The notes under the pieces: model-generated | What the model was told of the DNA's origin: nothing | The model's database searches: none | What the model saw: only the letters and a program-made list of their open reading frames with translations | Assembly (NCBI GenBank): GCA_009103225.1 | Contig: RHPI01001737.1 | Location: forward strand, 508,286-572,285 | Direction: 5' to 3' | DNA length: 64,000 nucleotides | Origin: Chlorokybus atmophyticus | Taxonomy: Eukaryota; Plantae; Mesostigma and Chlorokybus algae | Position numbers and translations under genes: made by a program | In this document: positions 11,680-22,900 of the stretch, piece after piece | Layout: every line of letters starts with the position of its first letter | Numbering within the stretch: position 1 is the first letter of the stretch

Positions 11680-13784
11680 TCAATACGTTTCAAGTGCTTT
11701 GCTATCAATGTCAGAGCGTTTCCCAAACTCAGATTGGTTGGCCACGTTGTACGCCTTGTGCTCAGTGTGGAACCATCTGTGGAACTCAGGAAGCGTTCGT
11801 ATCCTCTGAGCGTTCCTCCTGGCCATCGCAATGCTCTCCTGCTCACGCTTTGCCCGCGCCTACAGCATCAATGACTCAGTTGCTGATTGTACTTGAAAGC
11901 AAAGATAGGCTTGCAGACATTGCACACATACGTACCTGAACTGCGTCAGTGCCCACTGCGCTGAAGGCGTCATCAGGCGTTGCCTCAAAGAACAAGTGGT
12001 ACCCAGAGTCGCCAACAACATCCTCACCATTGAGCAGCGCATTCTGTGTTTGTTGCACGGTCAACAACGCCCCTGCCTTAGCCGCAACTTTCTGTCTTAC
12101 TCGCACCAGCTCTGGCAAGTATGCACCCTGCAGCCCAAACACCCACTCGAACAGCAGGCGTGTGCGCGGCATGTGGAAACGAGAAGTGATGACATGCAAC
12201 CTCGACCACCTGGTACAGCGCAATCTCAAAATTAACACCATGAACTTCCAATGGTTGGTTCATACGATGATTCACATAAGCAGAGCGGCAAGACCTCTCA
12301 CCCTGCTGGCATGGCGTGTTGCACAAGTGCAAAGTAAGCATTGGCAACAGTGTCATAGGAAGCCCACTCCTTGTATATGTTATCTTGGTGGAGACCCTTC
12401 TGCACTAGGTTCTCTGCACATGCGCTGGACTCGTGCACGACAAAGCCTCGACTGTTCATTACAGGCCTGTAAGGAAGACAACCTGTGGTAAGATGACTGG
12501 CCATGGATTGCATGTCCAGATTTGATCGCATCCATGCCGGCGCGCGTTCGTCGGTTGCCAAGATGTGACCATGACCATAACCTAGTGGTTGCAGGGCAGG
12601 AGCGTGGTGCAATGCCTGCGATGAGGAGTGCCGCTGCCGAGGCACACGATGGGGGCGCCTGTAATCTTGTGCACCTCCAGTGCCGCATCCAGCCGCCTCT
12701 CCACCCATGGCTGCAGGCATGTAAATGTAACTGAGGCTGTGCCATAAGCACGTGACATCACAGCACAAGCGCAACACTGTACACCCAACAAGCACACTCT
12801 GGTCTGAAAACATGTGACCCTGATGGTGAAATGATGGCAGCTGCTGTGCGGTATGGTGTAGTTGGAATGGTGTATGCGCCAAAATAAACAATGCGAATAC
12901 CGTCTTTACCCTGATAGCCTCTGCCTATGGGATTCCAATGCTATACCAAAAGACCTTCTATTTTAAGCGCGTTTGGGCTGGGTAAAAACAGAGAGCGTCC
13001 CGGGGAGGGGGAAATGTATCATGGTAAGCACTGTAAGGCATAAGAACAACTGCGTTGCGCACCATGTCTCAATGATTCAAGTACTAACCATTAGAGGATA
13101 TCTTGGTGTCAAACTTCCAGCTGAGCCAAGTTCCTTGGAATGATGCTTAAAGGCAATCAGTTTCTACCATGCATGACGCACGCAAATGATAGAGTTGATT
13201 AGTTTACCTTACTTGTTAGACCTGCGACATGTATACGCAAATGCGTATGCATGGGCATATCCATGTTTCCACATACATGTATGCGCCAGTGTATGTGCCT
13301 GTGCACGTCATCAATTGTCATTTGGTATGCTAGGTGTAAAGACGTACACATGCATTGACATATACATAAGCAAGGTACGCGCACATGCATGTGCACGTGC
13401 AGTTGCGTGCTTGCGCATGCTTGCAAAACCCACCGCCAAGCTGCAGGCTTCTTGCCAGCCAGACAAGGAAGTGCCTTCAGGCGCAGTCAAACCGCCTGCC
13501 AGGACGAAGATGGCGTCTGCGCGGAAGCCGGCAGGCAGCGAACCGCCATCACCGTCTTCAATAGGTAGGCTGCTCTGCAAGCTGCTGCACGGTGCGGGTG
13601 ACCAAGTCGAGCTGCGCCTGGCCACGCTGAGCTTGGCGACAGCCGGCCAGGCTGAGCGCGCTGCTAGGCCTACTGTAAATCCCAATCGACTGCAGCATGG
13701 CCGCCTAGCTGCAGCGCAAGCTGTGCGTACTCCGCCTATCGCTGGCAAGCACATGGAGACGGAGGCAGCCGCAGCAACAGCCAT
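11680..13784 (-). CDS. DUF218/YdcF-family protein with putative organellar transit peptide; multi-exon
   Basis: ADAIFVLAGGLT, PWVERRLDAA, PIVCLGSGTPH, HESSACA, KEWASYDTVANAYFA, VITSRFHMPRTRLLFEWVFGL, and a last exon ending FHRWFHTEHKAY..ALETY*. Confidence 0.88.
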
Positions 13785-14375
13785 TCCTCCACCACCACCA
13801 CGAAGTTTACTTAGCAGCTCCCTTGAGCTCAAAGGCAACCTCCAAGTCGTGGATTACCCCCTAATTGGTACAGCCTATCACCAGTACCTCCAAACCCACC
13901 ACGGCCGCCACCCCAACCCTCTGCCGCCGCAGCTGTCCAGTGGGCAGATTCGGTTCCTCACTGTGCATACCGTCCAGCTGGCAATCTCAAACAATCGAGA
14001 CGGCTCGGCCGTTACGTCTGGGGGAAGGTCCGCCGTGCCAAGGCACTGCCAACATGATGGTCCGGACTCCCCCGCCACATTTTTGGCCGGACAGACTGGC
14101 TGCACTGCGACACTGCCACTGTCCGGCCGATCGCCTTTTGATCGCATGCCGGAGACCGAAGGTGACTATCGGATCGTCCGACGCTCGTGCTGACCTGAGG
14201 CAGAAACCCTTAAGTGCAAGATTCCCCTCCTGGCGTAAGCTGTGGTGTTCAGTGAGATTGCTACTGCGCCACGCGGTGACCCACCGTCGGTGGCAGCAGC
14301 TGCCGGAAGCGCTGAACTGGGCGCTTGTTGCTGGGGTGCTGGTGCTCGTGTCGGGCGTGGTTGTCGTGGGCGGAC

Positions 14376-16916
14376 ATGGTGGAAAGCTTTGTCGCGGACG
14401 CTGCGAGCGACTTTCTCAGCAACGTGTCCTTTTCTTCCTTCGACACTGACGGCTTGGCTGCGAGCACGAGCAGCAGCTACTTGTACAACAGCAGCAGCGA
14501 TGGTGGGGGCATGCAACCGGAGGTGGCTGGTGCTCTGGTTGCTCAGCGAGAATTCTTGGCGGTTTTTCTCACGGCCGTGTCAGCCATTGGCAAGGTGAGC
14601 GTGTCGGTAATTGATGGTTTGCTGCAAGCTGCTGCGATCAAACACCGCGGTATACTGCATGTTACTACTTTCACGTTTAGCAGCCAAAGTAGGAAACAGA
14701 CAAGGAAGGTTGTACACAGGTGCTGCTCGTGGCTCTCGGTGGAGCATGGATGGCTAGAAAAGGCATCATCAACAACCAAACATCGTCTTCGCTCTCAAAG
14801 GTTCGGTGTCACTTCTCGTAGTTGGAAACTTCGTTATAATTACCGCCGAAGTGCGGGCCAATGTCCGTTTGTGAATGCGTGCGTGCGTCACGCTTGCTGT
14901 GTCTCAATGCCGGAGGCAGCTGTCGCAGTCAGTGCTGTTACGAGCTTTCAAGAGCTTGCCAGCAAGCATGCATAGGCTTGTGGATGTGAAAAACCACATG
15001 CTACGCCTTGTGAAGTGCGGACGCATGTAGGTTGTTTGTTGTTAATACAGCTTGGCAACGTCATGCTGCATGCAGCCGATTGCTGTACACAGCATGTTGT
15101 GGTGCCCCATAGCTGGGCTCATACAGGGGATCTACAGGTTGGGCTCTCGCCAAACTGCATGGTAGTTTTAGAACTATGAGTCGGCACTGACTGGTATTGC
15201 GGTGTGTTCAGCTTATCACCTCGCTGCAAACATAATGACAAAGAATGCCAGCTGGTTTCAGTGACCTGTACGTCATGAGCGCATGGGCATGTTGGACAAA
15301 TTTGTGATTGTTGCACTGACGGTGTATGTTGCGGCAGATGAGCTTTTCGCTGCTGCTCCCCTGCCTTCTGTTCAGCCGGCTGGCAGGTATCCATTTTATT
15401 ACTGTAATTTGGCAACCACTCTACATATGGGATAGTGTTGCCCGTGCATCTACCAAATAGTTGGTTTACATGATTGATCGGGAATGCGAATTACAGCCCA
15501 GAAGGAGCTGGATGAGAAATTGTTGACGCTGTGGACGCTGCCGGCGGGAGCCATTGCTTATGCGGTTGTGGGCGTGGTCCTGGGTGCTATTCTTGTGAGG
15601 GTGCTGCATGTGCCGCCTATCTTCCGCGGCGGTGTGCTCACATCCGTGGCGTTTGGCAACTCCCAAGGCCTGCCCATAGTGCTTCTGGTTGCCATTTGTG
15701 AGGCACATTTCTCACCCGCTGATGAGGACCGCGCCATTGCCTATGTCGCAGTCTACTCCATTGCCTCATCTTTCCTGTTTTGGGGTTTGGGTCCGCACCT
15801 TCTGACCACTGGCCTCGATGACTACACTACACCAGACGGTGGCATTGCTCCAGAAGCTGCTCGTGATCCAAAGCTTATGCGCGTGCTTTCTGCTCATGTA
15901 CAGCGCAAGCTCAGCAGATCCGCCTCGCGCCGCGGCTCACGCGCCAGCAGTGTTGATGGCGGCAACACCCCCGACCAGTCAGTATCCGCTGCTTCCCTTG
16001 ACGAGTGAGTGCTGCCTCGCATGCACACTACAGTGGTCTTTGCGCTTTGAGTTGTTAGTGCTTTTCTTCGAGTGCTTCTGTGACTAAACAAGTTCTTTTG
16101 TAGCTTTGCTCAAAGCGCTCTCCAGCAACCGCTGCTGGCCAACGATGAGCTCAGTTCACCTCACCCCAAAACCCGCCACAGTAGTGCGGCGCCAGCAGCC
16201 AGCCTGCCCCCAATTCCTTCCTTGACCGACATAGCCAATGGCCTACCACCCTCTCAATTTGCAGGACGACCCACAATGCGTACACGGTTGAGCAAGTTTG
16301 TAGTGAAGTCGATCAACGCAGTGCTACAGCCTCCCATCGTGGCACTGATTCTGGGTTCGCTGGTGGGCATGGTGGATGTGTTGTACGATGCTGTGGTCGA
16401 GCGCAACGCACCTGGCCATGTAGTCTGGAGCGCTGCCAATACCATTGGGCAAGCTGCTGTGCCCGTTAACATGCTGCTGCTGGGTGTGCGCCTGCACAAA
16501 GGCCTGGATCGCGAAGAGACCGCTGCCGTGGGCTATTCCCTCATCGGTGCTGTCTGCTTCAGTCGTCTCCTAATCATGCCGGCTGTTGGCCTTGCGCTCA
16601 ATGCCCTGCGCATTCGCTTTGGCTTTAATGATCCTGCTGACCGCATCCTCTGCCTCACCTTCCTTGTCGAGTCTGCTGTACCCACAGCCAACAATAACTT
16701 GGTCAGTACCTGTGAATGGGGTTCGTGTTCGTGCTTGATTCAGGTATTTGCAGTGGTTGATGCTATGGCTGAACTGTTGATGCACGTGTTGTGCAGATTC
16801 TGGCTCGCGCTTTGGAGGTTGACGACAAGGCCATTGCAGTGTTTCTGTTCTTCCAGTATGCAATTGCCCCCATCTTCCTGACGCTGTCCGTAGCTGTGTT
16901 CCTCTACGCTTGCTAG
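14376..16916 (+). CDS. PILS: PIN-LIKES / auxin efflux carrier (AEC, Mem_trans) family transporter; ~6 exons
   Basis: Exons: AVSAIGK|VLLVALGGAWMARKGII..SLSK|MSFSLLLPCLLFSRLA|..AFGNSQGLPIVLLVAIC..AIAYVAVY..LFWGLG|..QPPIVALILG..IGQAAVPVNMLLLG..RLLIMP..ESAVPTANNNL|..FFQY..FLYAC*. Confidence 0.92.
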
Positions 16917-19900
16917 CGGCAGGTGAAAGCTCAACGCTGGCACCAGCAATGTCAGCGTTGCTGCGCAGGGCATAGTAAATGGTGATGCACTTGTAGTATA
17001 GCACCCACCTATGCTGTCTCCTCTGGCAGCTATCTTAGGGCTATCACAGAACACGGATTGCTGAGGTTGTGCCGCAATGGAGACAGGCCAACCACTGCAC
17101 CTTGTGTAGCAAGTGTGAAGCCATAGTGGCTAACATAGTTGGGATTGATAGCATAGCTTGAGACAGGTTTTAGGTTTCCGAGTTGCATGTAAATCTGTAC
17201 ATGTGTTAGGGCTGCTCCGCAAGGTATTACATGTGACAGCATGTAGTATTATGTAGTCCAGTACGGCATGTGTAGCCCATTGAGTGAGATGCGATGTGTC
17301 TTGCGGCTTTTACAAATCGTACACATGGTGTACATAGTTGGCACACCACAAGCACCACACTGCGTGCTTAGCAAGCAGTACAAGCCCGGTGGTCGCACTG
17401 TGGTAGTGTGATAGTGTGCATGGTGTAACATGCGAGCCACGTGTATACATAGGGTTTACATCATGGTCAAACACGTGTATACATGCGTACTCACATGCGT
17501 GCTCAGTGCGCGGACAAACAACAAACAAAGATAAGGCACAATAAACAAGCGCGCGGAGCTGTGACCCATTCTACACCACACTGAGTGCACTATGTGCTAT
17601 GCAAGTGTAATGAGGTAGCAGGAGGCAGTAGCAGCAGCTATCAACAGCGTAATCAACCTGTGAATTACAGGCATGCAGCACAACATTCATACACACGGCA
17701 AAACAGCATAGCAAGCCTTTCGTACACTAACAAGGATGAACAACAAGCATTCCCATGCAACATATGTACTGGGTAGGCAGCGACGCATGTGCATGTCTAT
17801 CCTATGGGTGATCCTATGGCAAGGTAACTTCTTGCACATATCACAAGGGAGTGCTCATGCTATGGTAAGCATGCAACAAGCAACAGGGCTGGCCCAAGCC
17901 CTCGAGTAGTATGTTGTGCTATGCATTGTGGGATGCATACTGTACTGCCACGAACTATTAATGCTTACAATAATGATACAAAAGATAAAACGTAAAACTT
18001 TATAAGTACCCAGGACGCAACCGCCATGCAATCAATGGCATACGTTGGACAGACTGCTGTGGTAGCAAGCGGACGAAAATCAAAACCAATCACCATAACG
18101 AGCTGTCCCACATATATTTTGTGTCAGTACGGTAGTGCCAAGCCAGCACCGCCATCCATTGTAAACCATGACCGCACACACGTGTGTAAGCATACACATC
18201 GTGCACAGCAATGCAGTCTTACTTTTAACTACACCGCGTACACATAGCATTGCCCACAGCCAACCCCACCAAGCCCATGATCACTTGAACGTAGAGGCGC
18301 AGTTATCAATTTGCCGATTGGGCTGCCGTCCTTTTGGTCATTCAAGTCACAATTTGCGTGCGTGACTCACATAATTTACTTACACTTTAGCAGTCAACAG
18401 GCAGTGAGTCATGTATGCATGTCTAATGGGGCAGCCTGTGGGTAGGTAGTGTAGTGAGTTTATACAGTTAGTATTACTTGATAGCCTAGTGGTTGTCTTG
18501 CTGTTGCTCATACGCTGACTGATGCATGACATGTCATTTGGCAAACAACATACATATATATATATATGCATGTATAACAGCACCGTGCATACCTTGTATA
18601 AGCACAACAAGCTTACATGCATTATCTTATTGATGATGCTATCGCATTGCACGTGTCACATGCAGTCGGTTACACAAACAAAACTGAAGGATCAAACAGC
18701 ATAATATGCACTTATAATGCATAACTTGCGAGTGTCCATAAGTCTCAAGATATGCAACATGCACCAAGTGCTTTGCACATCACGTAACAGCCAAGCATGA
18801 TATGCACACATATACACATATATACACTCACCTTACGCCCATCCCAGTTGGACAAAAGGTGAGCATACTTTTAACTACAAGCATAGTGTATTGATAGCGT
18901 AGTTCTAAGAAAAAGCGCGCATGTTTGCAATTATATATTTATACATGATCGCATTATAACAGATATGCTCAAGCATTATTGAATTACCATGAAAGACATG
19001 CTTGCATCTACATTGCACATTAAACCAATTAGTGAAATACGCCACAGTTTGTGTGTATCACAATAAATAATCGCATTTTATGTAATACAAAAATTATATA
19101 AGTATACTTTTTCGACTTGTCCATACGCTTGCAATACACTTGTATCTATGATGCAGGCTTGCCGTTACTTCATGTGTAGTAGAGTTCAATACTCTGATCT
19201 ATTTCAAGCAAGTGTCCAAGCTGTGACAAAAACAGTTTTTGATTGGAGACATGAATCAGCAGGTGTCCTGAGTACACTCTACTCTCTTTATAAGTATACA
19301 CTTGGTCCTTAAAAAACATCTAATTATAGGGCAGATATGTTTGCCTCCATATGATAATATACAGGGTCCCATGTATGTAAGTACATAGTATACTACAAAC
19401 AAAGCAAGTTCATACTATATACTATATGATTTACCGCATCTATCTTCGTAAGCATAGGTACTTATAGGGAACCACGCGGCGTCACGCAACAGCGTCACAC
19501 AATGACTTTGTAACACTGCGTGACGTGACCCGTATACTCTCTGCTAACTTGCGGAATTGTTTTGCAAAACATGTATACAAGAGTTACTTACAACCAACAG
19601 CATTTGCTAGGGAAGCCATCGGTTCCCTGCCATTTTATGTTTACAGGGCATTTATACTTGAAACGACGATACTTATAGCCCGAGTAGACTGTATTGGAAA
19701 GTATTTGATTCGAAGCGGTTCCGTCAATCCCGATCCACAGTTCCAAAACGGGACGCACGCAGCAGCTGTGGCGGGAGGAGCGGCAGGGAGCTGCTGGCAG
19801 CTTGACACGTGTACCGCCTCTTGCAGCAGAGCTTGGAATCATCACAATCAGTACTCTAATATGTGTATTGGGTGGCATAAGCAAGACTGCGTGGTGGAAG

Positions 19901-19958
19901 ATAGAACTAAGCAGCAGAGGCTGGTGCTTGGCACACAGCTGCACACAATGCGGCGGCG

Positions 19959-22900
19959 ATGGCCTTGAGGGCCGCAGGGTGGGACATTTCCGGGTTCCGG
20001 GGAGCGGGAGGCGGCATGGTGCTTGTACGTGTAGAAGACGACTGGAGGGTCTTGCAGGTTGGTGTGTGAGAAAAGAAATAATGATATGCAATCACTTGTA
20101 AACAACAAGGGCTGTGCCAAGGCAGCATCTCATTTAATAGCAGCAGGCTCATGGACCATTGGTTTACCATGTAAGCATATGAAGCTAGCCTGGGAATCAT
20201 TGCTTTGCATCCAGGCACACGGATCTGTTTTTATGTATGACCTAGCGAAGGGTCGCACGCAGGGCTGCCCGGTTTGTAGCTAGAAGCTCGACCGGTGAAA
20301 AGGAGGCTCCGATAGGCGCAAAACTTCGAGATTGTTGTTTGCGTCTGACATGCATGCACTTAGAGCATCATGTCTGTAACTGTTATATGGCAGGAAAGAC
20401 GTCGTCGGCTCACTCATCTACTATGCTACGTCGAGTTGCTCCTACAATGCATTCACGCAACTAACATGCATGGGGTTTTCCAAGTACTGCTTCTCCTACG
20501 GCTATTGCTACTGCTTGTGCTACTACTATCGTCCTTGCCAATGTCATAGCAGCAGTAGCAGGTTTGCAACTGCTGTTTCTGCTATGTACGGATACTAGTA
20601 ACCTTACTGCTACCGTTACAGCAACAACTGCGACTTCCACTAGCATGAACATGCATCTGTCGACCCATGCTTGCACGCACGCCTGTGTGTACGCATGCAT
20701 GCACACAGGCATGCATGCGTACACACAGGCACGCACGCTAGCATGTATGCGCCTTCCGAGTTACGTCCAAAACACTGACAGAACAGCACTCCTGGCGGGT
20801 GCATAGGTGGATGTGGATGTCACTGCCGGCAGTGTTGCCGTGTACAGAGAGCTCTGCAAGCTGCTACAGCTGGATCAGAAAGGCGGAGGACCCTTGCGCG
20901 TGGGTGCGTATAGCAACAGCCCAACATGCGGTTGCCAAGACACAAGCGCACACTTGCAGTGTGTCACAATATTGTCATAGTGGCTTTGTGCTTCTGCAGT
21001 GTGCGATGGGGAGCCATTGACGGACACGAATGCAGCATACTTGGTCAGATCTGGTTCGACAGTGGCCCCAGCATACCGTTCCGCAGACTATACCAACAAC
21101 AACAAGGGCAACAGGCTTGCCACACCGCAGTTCAGTGTCCCGCCGCTCTTCATCAACCCCCCGCGACAGGTCGCTACAGCTGCTGGCGGTCCACGCTCAC
21201 ACACTGCGCGAAGCGCTCTCCCATCTCGTCCGCTAACAGGTGAGAGCTACTGTCGCTTTCAATAATCAAAACAATGGCGTGGACCTGCAGGCATTGCGAA
21301 TGCATCCAACATGCATACCCGCACAGACACGCCAACGCACCTGCACTGTGCATGCATGCGCATCCTCATGTATGTATGCGCGTGCATGTGTGCTTTAGCT
21401 ACGCAACCAAGTGTATTCTAACAGTTCGTTGCAAACAACTTCTTCTTTTGTCCATTCTGGTCAGAGGGACATGCAACCAACAGGACTTCCGCGCACAACA
21501 GCAGCGGGCGCTGGCGGTCCCCGCGCGATTGGACATGGGAGGGGGGTCACCATGCAGAGGTTTCTGCTGCTGCTGCTGCTGCTGCTGCTGCAGATGGGGA
21601 CAGCAGCAGCAAGGCCACTCCGCGCGGCAGCGACAAAGGCAGCTGGCCCACTTCCAAGTTCAAAAACGGTTGGACCACGGACCGCAGCGGCCTCAGCTCA
21701 ATTGGTAATGTCGCCGTCGACATCCCCGAGTTGGACACGGTGAGCGAGTGAGTGAGTGAGTGAGTGAATGAGTGAGTGAGTGAGCCCTGTCGCACTCAAG
21801 AGTGACAGAGTCACAACCTACATACGCGTAGCAAACATGCTATTACCATAAAGCATGGAGTGACACTGTGTTACACAAGCGTCCATGCCTCGAGTGTTTG
21901 CTATCAGGTCATGTTGTGTATAGTTCAAACCCCCGTGTCAGCGCATGTACAGTGCAAAGCTTGTGTGTTGACATGGGTTGTTGTGTGTGCGAGCAGTTTG
22001 CGAGACAGATGGTGGCTAAAGAGGACCTGAAGGACTGGATGGACGGCTTCAGATCAGAGAGGAATGCATTTCAGTCAGTGGCGCTCCTCGCAGAAGTGCG
22101 CTTGTCAGAGACGATCAATAACACACAGGTGAGCTCTCACGCTAGTCTGCGTTGTCTTTGTGTATCATCGATACCCATGTTATAATGTGCTTGTTGCAGG
22201 GCATGGGGACCCCCAATCCAGTGATGACACGCGTGGTTTGCGAGCTTCTGAGCAGAATAAGCTCAAAGCTGGGGCGCTACCGGTCCATCATAGACAAGGT
22301 GAGGCGTCATCAAAGACAGGAATGCATGCATCAATCCACCGAGAGGTGGGCCAAATCAGTCACATGCATGTAGAGGTGCACATTGATACTCAATGCATGT
22401 GTCTGTGCTATTTGTGTATCACAGCTGCTGGTAGAGGTGCTGCGTTGTATCTACATCGATGTCAGCTGCTCAGACCCCGAACCGTACTTCCTCAAATACC
22501 AGATGCTTTTGCAGGTAAGTGTCGTTGCACGGGTGCATGCCGTATGCCGTTAACTGTGGCATGTGCATGACACTCAGCGTATGGTTTTGCAGGAGAACTC
22601 CCGTCTGTCACAAACGCAAAACTCCTTGATGCGGCAGCAAAGCACAATGAACCATGTGTCCACTGCCCGCATGAGCGTCATCGAGCGCTTGATTTCCAAG
22701 TCTGCAATCCAGGCAATGGGGAATGCGTTCCACATATGGCGAGCTGAGGTAGGCTATGGCTAACATGTGTCACGTAGACACTGATGCGTGCAAGAGACTT
22801 GCTCTCTGTTTCAGCCGTGACAATTAGCGCGCTCTTGACTGAGGCTGTGTGGTCCTTTGTGTTGTGCCCGACAGACAGCTGCACAGAAGGAGCTGCGCAA

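Noticed and set aside
13186-14193. 335-aa plus-strand ORF, the longest in the track
   Set aside because: Antisense to DUF218 exon 1 and its intron; low-complexity CA/TG-derived sequence with no motif.
15387-15498. PILS intron starting GTATCCATTT, resembling a U12 GT-AG donor
   Set aside because: No CCTTAAC-like branch point near the 3' end, so it is most likely an ordinary U2 intron.
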